29,706 bases of DNA from an uncultured Pseudomonadota bacterium. GTDB lineage: Bacteria > BMS3Abin14. The notes beneath the pieces are model-generated. The model was not told the DNA's origin, did no database searches, and was given only the letters and a program-made list of their open reading frames with translations. The stretch covers positions 3,654 through 33,359 of the forward strand of contig CAYVSA010000016.1 of NCBI GenBank assembly GCA_964454175.1. The letters run 5' to 3'. This document shows positions 17,806 to 28,863 of the stretch, one piece after another (within the stretch, counting starts at the first letter, position 1; every line of letters starts with the position of its first letter). Position numbers and translations under genes: made by a program.

Positions 17806-19052
17806 TGGGCAGCAGAGATGACATTGGTAAGGTTATGACTATGGGGAAAAAGGCACCGGAAACGGGCGGAAGGCTCCTTGATGGCGCTAACCTGGGAAAG
17901 GTATTCGGAGGGCTGGCTGCACTGGAAGGGGTGGACCTCCATGTGGACGAAGGGGAGATCGTTGGGCTCATAGGTCCTAATGGCGCAGGAAAGACGACCC
18001 TGTTTAACTGCCTGACTGGTATAACTATCCCTTCGACGGGGACCATCAGGTTCGGCGGCGCCGATCTCGTACCGCTTCCAATGATCACCCTTCTCGGCCA
18101 GCTTTCACGGATGTGCAGGTTTTTTATTCTTTTGTCTGTCATGTGGACCCTTACGGTCCTGGGTGCGTATTTCCCCGGAGCCGAGTTTCCAATGGAATTC
18201 ACTATGGCCTTGTGCGGATTAGGGGCTTTCAGAATATTTGTGGGTGCCATGCTCAAGAGGGCAGTGCCCTGGACCAGGGGGGTGACCCTCCTTTTTGCAA
18301 CCACTGATGCAGTCCTTGCAGCCACATGGATGATAAAGTTTAGTGAGATCTGGTCAGATGCTACTTTTTTTGGTCTCGGCAAACTGGAATACCTCATGGT
18401 CCCACTGTCCGTGGTGATGATCTCGTACCCGATTTACTTTTTCGTCGTTCTTTTGAGAAAGGACGTAAAAACGCTTTTCGGGATTTTCATGAGGCCAGAT
18501 GACGTTACCAGGCTTGGCATGGCAAGGACCTTTCAGAATATACGTCTCTTTTCCAACCTGTCAGTCCTGGACAATGTCAAGCTTGGCAGGCACTGCCGAA
18601 CGAAGAGCAACTTTTTTTCCTGTGTCCTTCACACAAAATCACAGCGTAACGAGGAAGAAGAGACGACTCTGAAGGCGATGGAGGCACTGAGCTTCGTTGG
18701 ACTGGGACACAAGGCGGAGAGTCTTGCTTCCAGCCTTCCCTATGGCGAACAGAGAAGACTGGAGATAGCAAGGGCCCTGGCAACTGAACCCCAGCTTCTT
18801 TTGCTGGATGAGCCTGCGGCTGGCATGAATCCAAACGAGACGGAATCCCTTATCAGGCTGATCCTGAAGATCAGGAGCAGTGGTGTTTCGGTCCTACTCA
18901 TAGAGCACGACATGAAAGTGATAATGAGGATCTCAGAGCGCATACTTGTACTCGATCACGGCAGAAAGATCGCCGAGGGTGATCCGAAATCCATCAGGAA
19001 GGACCCCAGGGTCGTTGAAGCCTACCTGGGTTCAGCATACGCGGCGCAGTAG
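17802..19052 (+). CDS. livG: LivG-type ABC ATPase with an internal ~139-aa multi-transmembrane insertion
   Basis: Walker A GPNGAGKT, GMARTFQ Q-loop, LPYGEQRR signature, LLLLDEPAAG, IEHDM, DPRVVEAYLG; hydrophobic insert at aa ~91-229. Confidence 0.92.
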   Translation: MMGSRDDIGKVMTMGKKAPETGGRLLDGANLGKVFGGLAALEGVDLHVDEGEIVGLIGPNGAGKTTLFNCLTGITIPSTGTIRFGGADLVPLPMITLLGQLSRMCRFFILLSVMWTLTVLGAYFPGAEFPMEFTMALCGLGAFRIFVGAMLKRAVPWTRGVTLLFATTDAVLAATWMIKFSEIWSDATFFGLGKLEYLMVPLSVVMISYPIYFFVVLLRKDVKTLFGIFMRPDDVTRLGMARTFQNIRLFSNLSVLDNVKLGRHCRTKSNFFSCVLHTKSQRNEEEETTLKAMEALSFVGLGHKAESLASSLPYGEQRRLEIARALATEPQLLLLDEPAAGMNPNETESLIRLILKIRSSGVSVLLIEHDMKVIMRISERILVLDHGRKIAEGDPKSIRKDPRVVEAYLGSAYAAQ

Positions 19053-19056
19053 CGCC

Positions 19057-19148
19057 AGTCCCAGGTTCCATGTCCCAAGTCCCGGGTGACGCGTAGAAAA
19101 CTTGTACGGACGCCACTTGGAACCTGGAACATGGAACTTGAAACCCGG
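19057..19148. repeat. Inverted pair of heptamer arrays (GTCCCAG/GTTCCAT/GTCCCAA ... CTTGGAA/CCTGGAA/CATGGAA/CTTGAAA)
   Basis: Two complementary 7-nt-period arrays separated by ~28 nt, between livG and livF. Confidence 0.85.
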
Positions 19149-19157
19149 TAAATATCA

Positions 19158-19862
19158 ATGTTGAAAGTCAAAGACATACACACTTATTACGGATCGATCC
19201 ACGCCCTGAAGGGTGTCTCCTTCGCTGTGAAAGAGGGTCAGATCGTTACCCTCATAGGCGCAAACGGAGCAGGAAAGTCCACAACACTCATGTCCATATC
19301 GGGTGTCCATCCGCCCGAACGGGGAGAGATCGTCTTCAGAGGCGGGGAGATCACTAAAAAACAGCCCGACAGGATAGTTCAGAGCGGCATCTCTCAGGTT
19401 CCGGAGGGCAGGAGGATCTTTCCGCACCTTTCGGTCAGAGAAAATCTCCTGATGGGTTCCTACATCCGGAAGGATAAGCATGCAGTGGAAGAAGATCTGA
19501 GTGGGGTACTGGAGTTGTTTCCCGTTCTGGCCGAGAGGGAGAAGCAGGATGGGGGAACCCTGTCGGGGGGCGAGCAGCAGATGCTGGCCATTGGCAGAGC
19601 ACTTATGGCAAGGCCAAGACTGCTCCTCCTTGATGAACCGTCCCTGGGACTTGCACCGATAGTCGTTGAAAAGATATTCGAGGTGATAGAAGAGATCAAC
19701 AGGCAGGGTACCACTATACTGCTTGTGGAACAGAATGCCTTTATGGCCCTTAACATAGCCGACAGGGGTTACGTCATAGAGACTGGCAGAGTTGTGCTTG
19801 AAGATGAGGCCAGGACCCTGCTTGACAACCCGAAGGTAAAAGAAGCCTACCTGGGGGAGTAG
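19158..19862 (+). CDS. livF: Branched-chain amino acid ABC transporter ATPase LivF
   Basis: GANGAGKS, VPEGRRIF, LSGGEQQMLAIGRALM, LLLDEPSLGLAP, VEQN, EAYLG. Confidence 0.96.
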   Translation: MLKVKDIHTYYGSIHALKGVSFAVKEGQIVTLIGANGAGKSTTLMSISGVHPPERGEIVFRGGEITKKQPDRIVQSGISQVPEGRRIFPHLSVRENLLMGSYIRKDKHAVEEDLSGVLELFPVLAEREKQDGGTLSGGEQQMLAIGRALMARPRLLLLDEPSLGLAPIVVEKIFEVIEEINRQGTTILLVEQNAFMALNIADRGYVIETGRVVLEDEARTLLDNPKVKEAYLGE

Positions 19863-19871
19863 TTAAGTGAT

Positions 19872-19902
19872 AGGTAGAAGGCAATGGGCAATGGGCTGTG
19901 GG
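19872..19902. repeat. Heptamer array (AGGTAGA-AGGCAAT-GGGCAAT-GGGCTGT)
   Basis: 7-nt periodicity; 25/31 identical to 25422-25452. Confidence 0.75.
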
Positions 19903-19977
19903 CTTAGTGCCAGGGGCAATAGTTTTTAGGAGCTTGAAAGGTGTCGAGCGAGGTATCGATATACCGAAGTTTAAGGT

Positions 19978-20004
19978 CTACCAGAAACCAGAAACCAGAA
20001 TCCA
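19978..20004. repeat. Heptamer array (CTACCAG-AAACCAG-AAACCAG), opposite-strand copy of the TCTGGTT family
   Basis: Reverse complement closely matches 28437-28462. Confidence 0.75.
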
Positions 20005-20121
20005 TCCCCCTACTACCGGGTCACATTTAAGGGCAGATGAAACTGATTTTGTAATCATCCGATATTTCGGCCGTAATACAAGTATACTTGTACAGGGCAC
20101 CAACCAGCAGGGAGGTTGTAT

Positions 20122-21516
20122 ATGAAAAGGGTGTTGGGATGTACGGCTGTAATTATTCTCTGTTCATTTGTTGTGGTTTTATCGACACATGCCTTTGTGC
20201 TTTCACTAAAGGACAAGGCCGCGCTTCAGTGGCACAGTATTGCGGGACCGCCCACGGCAAACCCTGACGTCGAATTCAAAGGTGATATAACCAGGGGAGA
20301 GACTGCCAGGGACCGCTTCAGCGACAAACCCCTGTGGATCGTATCAGGTGTTTTCGAGGATGAAGCACCTTCAGGGCTGGCTGTCGTATTTGAGGGAGGG
20401 ATACTCCGATACCTTACCCTTACAACAACAGGTATCAGAACCATTTCTACGACCAACGGCGTATCAGAAGACTCGCCACCTGTGATCACAGCTGACGCAG
20501 TCGGCTGGATCGGAAAGGGTGTAATCTGCATAGACTCACGCGGCAGTCTGGTGATAATCACCCCTGAAGACGGCCGTACGAGACCTCTTGCCGGCGGTTT
20601 CTCCAAGGTGTCATACCCCACCGTTGCTGATCTTGATGGAGATGGTGAAAACGACATTCTCGCGGTGGATGAGAATGGCCGGTTCACAGTTGTTACCTCC
20701 AGAAATACAAGCAGGACTGAAAAAAGGACTTCCCTGCCGCCGGACGCGAGAGTGGCTGTAGGGGATCTTGACGCAGACGGCAGGCTCGAGGCCGTTGCAC
20801 TCACACAACCGACCAGTGATTTTGAATTCGGACACCTTGGCGACAATATCGAGCCCGTTGGATTCGGGGTTTTCACCTGGGACGGAAAAACAGTCAAGCT
20901 GGAGGATGAGTTCGTACTCAAGTCCGGCCGGGCTTTCGAGGACCACACACCGCTGCTGGCTGACGTTGCCGAGAGTGATGGACTTGAGATCATTTTGCCT
21001 GTCACACAAGAGGGCAGCGGAACAAGGCTCAGATCTTTTTCTTTCGTATCTGGCCGTATCAGGGAAGTCCGAAGCGGTCCCAGGTCCGGGGCCGGCAGTT
21101 GGCTGCACCCTGTGTCGGTTGGTGTGGTAGGGGATGATGAGCGTGTGTCGGTTCTTTCTGTTACAGACCCCGACGGTGCAGGCACGCTGGAATCCTACAG
21201 ACCCGACCTGGCCCTGACCAGGATCAAGCTTGAAAAAGAGATATCCACACACATACCCGGGACGAGAACTGTAGAAACGGCTTTGCTTGGGGATTTTAAT
21301 TCCGACGGGGAAAATGAGCTCCTTGCCCCGAACACGGACAGGAAAAGCCTGAATATAGTGTCCCTCAGGAAAAACAGATTCAGGACTTGGGAGATCTACA
21401 ACGGTACCAGGAACCTGTCCACAAATCTCGCACCCGGAGATTACAATGGCGACGGAAAGGGTGATGTTGCTGCTGGTTTTGATGATGGAAGTATTATTAT
21501 ATTTCTTGGAAAATAG
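20122..21516 (+). CDS. Secreted FG-GAP/VCBS-repeat (beta-propeller-like) protein
   Basis: SD GGAGG at 20111-20115, signal peptide ending STHA, repeated Ca-binding-like motifs [40 protein letters not shown]. Confidence 0.85.
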   Translation: MKRVLGCTAVIILCSFVVVLSTHAFVLSLKDKAALQWHSIAGPPTANPDVEFKGDITRGETARDRFSDKPLWIVSGVFEDEAPSGLAVVFEGGILRYLTLTTTGIRTISTTNGVSEDSPPVITADAVGWIGKGVICIDSRGSLVIITPEDGRTRPLAGGFSKVSYPTVADLDGDGENDILAVDENGRFTVVTSRNTSRTEKRTSLPPDARVAVGDLDADGRLEAVALTQPTSDFEFGHLGDNIEPVGFGVFTWDGKTVKLEDEFVLKSGRAFEDHTPLLADVAESDGLEIILPVTQEGSGTRLRSFSFVSGRIREVRSGPRSGAGSWLHPVSVGVVGDDERVSVLSVTDPDGAGTLESYRPDLALTRIKLEKEISTHIPGTRTVETALLGDFNSDGENELLAPNTDRKSLNIVSLRKNRFRTWEIYNGTRNLSTNLAPGDYNGDGKGDVAAGFDDGSIIIFLGK

Positions 21517-21560
21517 CTGTTCAGTGGCGACCCGTTGATAAAGACGACCGGATCAGGATA

Positions 21561-23583
<2,023 letters not shown>

Positions 23584-23603
<20 letters not shown>

Positions 23604-25416
23604 GCTAGCCCAGATACCGTCCCTGCCTGGTGTATACCTGTTCCGTGACGAAGCGGGGGAGGTGATATACGCCGGCAAGGCCAAGAACCTGCGCAAGCGC
23701 GTCAGGCAGTACTTCAACAGGAACCAGGTTGTGCGGACTGCCATGCTGGTTGCCGCGATTGATTCCGTCGAAACCATTGTCACCGACACGGAAAAGGAAG
23801 CCCTCCTCCTCGAACGAACGATGATCAAGAGGTTTCGTCCACATTTCAACGTTGACCTCAAAGACGACAAGAGCTATCCCTACTTCCGCCTTACGGTCCA
23901 GGAGCAGTTCCCCAGACTCGAAATGTCGAGAAACCTCAAGAAAGACGGCAGTCTTTATTTCGGCCCCTTCACCGATGTGGGATCGGCGCGGAAAACAATG
24001 GCCTTCCTTACCAGAGCCTTTGCTCTTAGACGCTGCAGGGGAAAAGAGCCGGGCGGCCGCGGGCCAGGAGGGCGACCTTGCATTGACTATCAGATGGGAA
24101 GATGTCCCGGGCCGTGCTGCGGACATATCTCCGAAGACGCATACCGGGCGAACATTAACGAGCTGATATCTTTTCTGAAAGGCGGCGGTAGAAAAGTGAT
24201 CTTCGATATGAAAAAAAGGATGAAGAGCCTTTCCGAAGAGCTCAGGTTCGAGGAGGCCGCTGCTTTAAGAGACCGTATCTCGGCAATTGAATCTGTCCTT
24301 GAGGAACAAAAAGCTGTTGGGGATCCCGGAGACGATGTGGATATCATCGGCTACTCAAGTGCCAGGGACCTTACGGTCCTGGAATGCCTTTACGTTCGTT
24401 CGGGTCTGATAATGGGGAGGTGTGAGAAGGTTTTGAAAGGAAATTTTGAAGCTCCTGAGGCTGTTGAGGCCTTCCTCTCATCACACTACCAGGAGGCTGA
24501 AAGGATTCCTCCACGGATCCTTTACCCGGTTGAGATAGATTTCGGGCCTGCCTATCAGGAATTTCTCTCAGAATTGGCGGGCAGATCAGTCAAAATGCAG
24601 CAGCCAGTGAGAGGCAAGAGCCTCCGTCTTGTCAATCTGGCCAACGAGAACGCCCATGCAGGGCTAAGGGCTGCAAGGGTGAGATACCAGGATTACAAGG
24701 CCATCTCTGAAGAGATCGGCAAAACGCTGAACCTGGCATCGCCTCCGGAATCCATCGAGTGTGTGGATATTTCCCACACGGCTGGCAGACAGGCATATGG
24801 GAGCGTTGTTGCATGGAGGAGGGGAAGCCTCGACAGGGGCTCCTACAGGCTGTTCACCATCAGGGATGCCAAGCCGGGGGACGACTACGGTGCCATGGAA
24901 GAGGTGTTAAGGCGCCGCTATGCGGGCAGGTTATCAGAGCAGCTCACTGTCCCGGACCTCCTGCTGCTCGATGGCGGCAAAGGACAGCTTGGAAGAGGAA
25001 GCAGCATAGTTAAATCACTCGGCATGGAGAACCTTGCAATCGCTTCTATTTCAAAGGCAAAAAGTGCCCGTAAACAAAATCCGGATGAACTTACAGATGA
25101 ACTCTTCCTTCCAGGAAGAAAAAATCCGGTGAGACCTGCAAGACATTCAAGGGCACTTCATGTCCTGCAGCAGCTCCGTGATGAAGCCCACAGGTTCGCT
25201 TTGACGGGCCACCGGCGAAGAAGGGCTAAAGATGATATTCTCAGTTCGCTGGATGGCATAAGAGGTGTCGGACCCGCAAGACGACGGGTGCTTATGACCC
25301 ACTTTCGTTCCATTAACGAGATCAGGAGCGCGTCTGTGGAGGAGCTTGCATCCCTGAAGGGTTTTAATAAGAGTGTGGCGGTGAATGTGAAGAAAGCGCT
25401 GAATAATGAAGATTAG
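23584..25416 (+). CDS. uvrC: Excinuclease ABC subunit C
   Basis: GIY-YIG domain ([18 protein letters not shown]), Cys cluster, UVR motif, [22 protein letters not shown]-terminal HhH. Confidence 0.97.
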
Positions 25417-25460
25417 GCAAAAGGCAGAAGGTAATAGGCGATGGGCCATGGGGCCTGGGA
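25415..25460. repeat. Heptamer array (AGGCAAA-AGGCAGA-AGGTAAT-AGGCGAT-GGGCCAT)
   Basis: 7-nt periodicity immediately after the uvrC stop, between convergent genes. Confidence 0.75.
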
Positions 25461-25481
25461 CCTATTACTAAGTACCATAAT

Positions 25482-25997
25482 CTAGAAACTTTTTGATGAA
25501 ACCGCAAGAAACCTGTCCTCAATAAATTCACACACCCTTTCGATATCATCCAGGGCAAAGACTGGTACATCGAGGTCCAGAGAAACATCACTGGCGACGG
25601 CGATCAGGTTTTGGTCATTGACCTTCCCGCGGCACAGGAGATTTTTACTTACGCCCTCGCGGAAAACCTCTATCTTTGGATGATCGCCGCCCTTCATACC
25701 CTCCACCAGGACGATGGAGACGTCTGGTGCGTAGAGGGAGACAAGGTCTTCTACGTTTACTTCACTTATGTTCCGGGTAACACTCAGCCGCCCGGGAGAG
25801 GAGAGCATGGTAATCTCGGCTCCCGCTCTTGAAACGCGCCACGTGTCTGTACCTTCGCGGTCCATCGACACAGACTGACCAGAATGCTTGATGGCAGCAA
25901 CCCGATACCCCTTTTCTGTCAGGAGACGGACGAGACCTTCCAGGAGGGTTGTTTTGCCGCTATCTGAGAACCCGACGAAATGCAATACAGGCTGCAA
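25482..25997 (-). CDS. mobB: Molybdopterin-guanine dinucleotide biosynthesis protein B
   Basis: GFSDSGKTTL, IKH, D..G.DT, LVEGMK, PKIEVFR; TTG start at 25997 chosen from SD GGAG at 26010-26007. Confidence 0.9.
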   Translation of the reverse strand: MQPVLHFVGFSDSGKTTLLEGLVRLLTEKGYRVAAIKHSGQSVSMDREGTDTWRVSRAGAEITMLSSPGRLSVTRNISEVNVEDLVSLYAPDVSIVLVEGMKGGDHPKIEVFREGVSKNLLCRGKVNDQNLIAVASDVSLDLDVPVFALDDIERVCEFIEDRFLAVSSKSF

Positions 25998-26111
25998 CAG
26001 TAAGTACTCCCCCCGTATGGGATGATCCAGACCCGGAGCACTCCAGGCCTGCTTGAGTGTGGCTACAATACAGCACCAGTACTTTCCTGGCAACTTTTGT
26101 CACTATGGCAC

Positions 26112-26141
26112 TTGACAAATGTGCCAAATATAACCCATATT
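26112..26141 (+). promoter_or_regulatory. Possible sigma70 promoter of the lytic transglycosylase gene
   Basis: TTGACA (26112-26117), 18-nt spacer, CATATT (26136-26141). Confidence 0.45.
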
Positions 26142-26238
26142 TAGCAGGGTTTGTTCGGAAGTCGGCTTAACAAAATAGATCCGACTGCCAGGTAAACACG
26201 AATTGGCGGTAAAAATGTTGTCAAGGAGTGAACGACGG

Positions 26239-26820
26239 ATGAGACATGCAGGACTGGCAGCCTTCATAATTATTTCAATTGCACTCCTCCATGTGCCGGC
26301 TGAAGCTGACATCTACCGGTTCGTTGACAACAACGGTATCGTATATTTTACTGACTACCCGAAGCACGACGGGTTCAAGATGCACATCAGGGAAGGGACC
26401 GATAGAGGTCTCGTGACGTCCCGGGGATATTATCCATACAGAGAAGTTGTCAGGAAGGCCTCCACCCTCTATGAGGTGGAGGAGCCACTGTTAAGGGCGG
26501 TTATCGAGATCGAATCGGACTACAACCGCTACGCTGTGTCCAGGGCAGGGGCGAGAGGGCTGATGCAGTTGATGCCTGAGACGATGCAGCACCTCGGTGT
26601 ACGGAATCCGTGGGATCCGGTACAGAACATCAACGCCGGGACAAGGTATCTGAAAAAGTTAATGAAGAGATTTTCCGGTGACCTGTCTCTTGCCCTCGCA
26701 GCCTATAATGCCGGCTCCACCAGTGTTATCAAGTACGGGAGTATCCCGCCCTTCCCCCAGACTGAAAGATACGTCAAAAAGGTCCTGGAGCGCTACCAGG
26801 CATACAGCGGGTTCGAATAG
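26239..26820 (+). CDS. Secreted SLT-domain lytic transglycosylase with a DUF4124-like N-terminal domain
   Basis: Signal peptide ending AEA, IYRFVDNNGIVYFTD, catalytic IES, GARGLMQLMP, ALAAYNAG, TERYV; SD AAGGAG at 26223-26228. Confidence 0.92.
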   Translation: MRHAGLAAFIIISIALLHVPAEADIYRFVDNNGIVYFTDYPKHDGFKMHIREGTDRGLVTSRGYYPYREVVRKASTLYEVEEPLLRAVIEIESDYNRYAVSRAGARGLMQLMPETMQHLGVRNPWDPVQNINAGTRYLKKLMKRFSGDLSLALAAYNAGSTSVIKYGSIPPFPQTERYVKKVLERYQAYSGFE

Positions 26821-26880
26821 GACCGGACCCCGGTCTCACATTTCCGGTTACTTCTGATTGCAATAACCTTGTGAACATGC

Positions 26881-26908
26881 TTGTATTTATCCAGATGGCT
26901 AGTAAAAT
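26881..26908 (+). promoter_or_regulatory. Possible sigma70 promoter of pgsA
   Basis: TTGTAT (26881-26886), 16-nt spacer, TAAAAT (26903-26908). Confidence 0.45.
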
Positions 26909-26944
26909 CCCAATTAGATAACTCCTATACGAGGATGACTGGAT

Positions 26945-27505
26945 TTGAAACTTAACACCCTGCCTAACTGGCTGACGATCGGACGACTCCTGGCGACACC
27001 GGCCATCATACTTCTCACTATGTGGCCCGGTAAGGTGCTTGGTATCTCAGCAGCCATTGTTTTTTCGATCGCGGCCATCACGGACATACTGGATGGTTAC
27101 TACGCCAGGAAGACCGGGCAGGTGAGTGAGTTTGGCATGCTGATCGATCCCATCGCCGACAAGGTGATCGTAGCCTCGGCGCTGGTGATGATGGTTCATC
27201 TCCAGAGAGTTCCAGCCTGGATGGTTGCCCTGATAATCTCAAGGGAGTTCGCTGTCTCCGGGTTGAGGGCATTTTCAGGCACACGGGGGCTTGTAATACC
27301 TGCCAACATGATGGGTAAGGTGAAAACGACCCTCCAGGTGCTCGCGCTGATCGGTCTGATGGTCGATTATCCGTTCCTGGGCATTCCCTTCGGGGACCTT
27401 GGCCGGGCTCTTTTTATTGCAGCTTTCATAGCGACCTTGTGGTCGGGCTATGTCTATTTCAGAGACTATGCTCAAGTGGTGAAGGATCAATCGAAGAAAT
27501 TGTGA
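26945..27505 (+). CDS. pgsA: CDP-diacylglycerol--glycerol-3-phosphate 3-phosphatidyltransferase
   Basis: LPNWLTIGR, CDP-alcohol phosphotransferase motif D..DG..AR...Q.S.FG..IDP.ADK, SRE..VSGLR, GKVKT..Q. Confidence 0.95.
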   Translation: MKLNTLPNWLTIGRLLATPAIILLTMWPGKVLGISAAIVFSIAAITDILDGYYARKTGQVSEFGMLIDPIADKVIVASALVMMVHLQRVPAWMVALIISREFAVSGLRAFSGTRGLVIPANMMGKVKTTLQVLALIGLMVDYPFLGIPFGDLGRALFIAAFIATLWSGYVYFRDYAQVVKDQSKKL

Positions 27506-27553
27506 AGCTTGAGGGAGTTTTCGACATGATTTGCTCTAGCGCTTACAAAGCTC

Positions 27554-27582
27554 TTGATACCAAACGCAACTTTTGCTATATA
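27554..27582 (+). promoter_or_regulatory. Probable tRNA-Gly promoter
   Basis: TTGATA, 17-nt spacer, TG-c-TATATA, followed by GC-rich discriminator-like GTGCCCC just before the tRNA. Confidence 0.55.
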
Positions 27583-27594
27583 TGTGCCCCTCAG

Positions 27595-27669
<75 letters not shown>

Positions 27670-27678
27670 TTCGCAGAC

Positions 27679-27706
27679 AGGGACTCCCTCCGGGGAGTCC
27701 TTTTTT
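27679..27706 (+). terminator. Rho-independent terminator after tRNA-Gly
   Basis: GGACTCCC-TCCG-GGGAGTCC stem-loop followed by TTTTTT. Confidence 0.92.
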
Positions 27707-27742
27707 CGTTTTGTCCTGTCCAGCAATCAGGTCAACAAGTGG

Positions 27743-28432
27743 ATGACAATGACTGACGACAGACTGCGTGAACGTGAAGAATCTTTAAGCAGGTTTCCCC
27801 TTTTTTCAGGTCTCGACGCTGCTCACCTGTCTGCCTTCGCAGCAATAGCCCGTCCAAGAAAAGTATCAAGGAAAGAAATACTCTTCAGGGAAGGTGATCC
27901 TGCAACTGGTTTCTTTTTGCTTCTCAAGGGCAGGATCAAGCTCTTGAAGTTGAGTTCCTCCGGTAAGGAACAGATCATTCACTTCGTGAACGAGGGAAAC
28001 TCTTTTGCTGAGGCGGCCCTTTACATGCAGCAGACATATCCGGTTTATGCCGAGGCTCTGGAGAATTCAGAGCTCCTGTTCATACCCAAGGACGAGTTTA
28101 CGAAACTTCTGGAGAGTGATAGCAGCCTGGCTGCAAACCTAATTGCGCACCTTGCACAATATCTGCAGCTCCTTACCAGAAAAGTGGAAGAACTGTCCCT
28201 GATGGACGCCGCGTCCCGCTTGTGCAGACACCTTGCTGCGAACCTCGACCCTGAAACAGGTATTGTGAAGTTGGGTGCGGGAAAGGGCCAGACAGCCTCG
28301 AGCCTCGGGATGGCAGTGGAAACGTTTTCCCGTACTCTCACGCGCCTGAAGGAAGAGGGTGTGGTGAAGGAGGACAAGGGTGGTATCCTGCGCGTCCCGG
28401 ACAGGGAGGCGCTGGAGAAATATGGGGAGTAG
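27743..28432 (+). CDS. Crp/Fnr-family transcriptional regulator (Dnr/HcpR-like, lacking FNR Fe-S cysteines)
   Basis: cNMP-like domain (LFREGD, G.IKL...S.SGKEQI, FAEAAL) and HTH ASSLGMAVETFSRTL; only one Cys in the protein. Confidence 0.92.
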   Translation: MTMTDDRLREREESLSRFPLFSGLDAAHLSAFAAIARPRKVSRKEILFREGDPATGFFLLLKGRIKLLKLSSSGKEQIIHFVNEGNSFAEAALYMQQTYPVYAEALENSELLFIPKDEFTKLLESDSSLAANLIAHLAQYLQLLTRKVEELSLMDAASRLCRHLAANLDPETGIVKLGAGKGQTASSLGMAVETFSRTLTRLKEEGVVKEDKGGILRVPDREALEKYGE

Positions 28433-28462
28433 GTAATGAATCTGGTTTCTGGTTTCTAGTAG
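28433..28462. repeat. Heptamer array (TCTGGTT-TCTGGTT-TCTAGTA)
   Basis: 7-nt periodicity; 28433-28460 differs from 29586-29612 by one substitution and one indel. Confidence 0.8.
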
Positions 28463-28494
28463 GGCAGATCAACATAACCAGGAAATTACCGGAC

Positions 28495-28833
28495 TTACTT
28501 TCTGGCGAAAATAAGTCTGGGCCCCACGTATTTCATAACCACCTGCATTTCCTCCCTGTACTCCGGCCGATAACAGTGCTCGGGGCAGTTCCTGCACTTG
28601 GGCTTCGGGTCCAGGGGGCACAGGTACCGCATCACGATGGCGTGTCTGGCAAGGCGAGTACACTCACCGCAGAGCGGCACCCCCTCCTTAAGCGAGACGG
28701 GTATTCTGGGATAGTTGAATTCGAAATCGGCCCTGCTGTTTCCTGCATGGTGCGCCCTGCAGTAGATATCCATAAAGTGAAGGATCTTTTCGGAATCGGC
28801 TTGGACCGCCTCCATGTCTTTTTCTTTTTCCAT
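28495..28833 (-). CDS. YgbA-like ('nitrous oxide-stimulated promoter' family) Cys/His-rich protein
   Basis: Pattern IYCRAHH...LCGEC...CP..PKPKCRNCPEHCY.PEYREEM..VMKYVGPR typical of the YgbA family. Confidence 0.85.
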   Translation of the reverse strand: MEKEKDMEAVQADSEKILHFMDIYCRAHHAGNSRADFEFNYPRIPVSLKEGVPLCGECTRLARHAIVMRYLCPLDPKPKCRNCPEHCYRPEYREEMQVVMKYVGPRLIFARK

Positions 28834-28863
28834 ACCAGCTCTTCTACTGTTTCCTGGCTGATC

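Noticed and set aside
18072-18488. LivG insertion as an intein or frameshift artefact
   Set aside because: No intein termini (C/S start with HN-C/S/T end), strongly hydrophobic, and the reading frame is continuous.
19057-19148. Repeat arrays as CRISPR
   Set aside because: 7-nt tandem units without unique 30-40-nt spacers; no cas genes in the window.
19898-20125. 75-aa plus-strand ORF in the livF/FG-GAP gap
   Set aside because: Starts inside one heptamer array and crosses another (QKPETR) and the putative operator; no SD or motif. Cannot be fully excluded.
20226-21185. 319-aa Ser/Pro/Thr-rich minus-strand ORF
   Set aside because: Composition is the antisense read-out of the Gly/Asp-rich FG-GAP gene.
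21517-21560. LexA/SOS box directly upstream of uvrB
   Set aside because: No CTGT-N8-ACAG, GAAC-N4-GTTC or other convincing dyad found in the 44-nt gap.
25998-26093. N-terminal extension of MobB in the ORF track (start 26093)
   Set aside because: Not MobB-like; a strong SD precedes the TTG at 25997, which fits the usual family start.
26106-26126. CIRCE element or sigma54 promoter
   Set aside because: Arm spacing is 4 nt shorter than TTAGCACTC-N9-GAGTGCTAA, and there is no TTGC at the -12 position on either strand.
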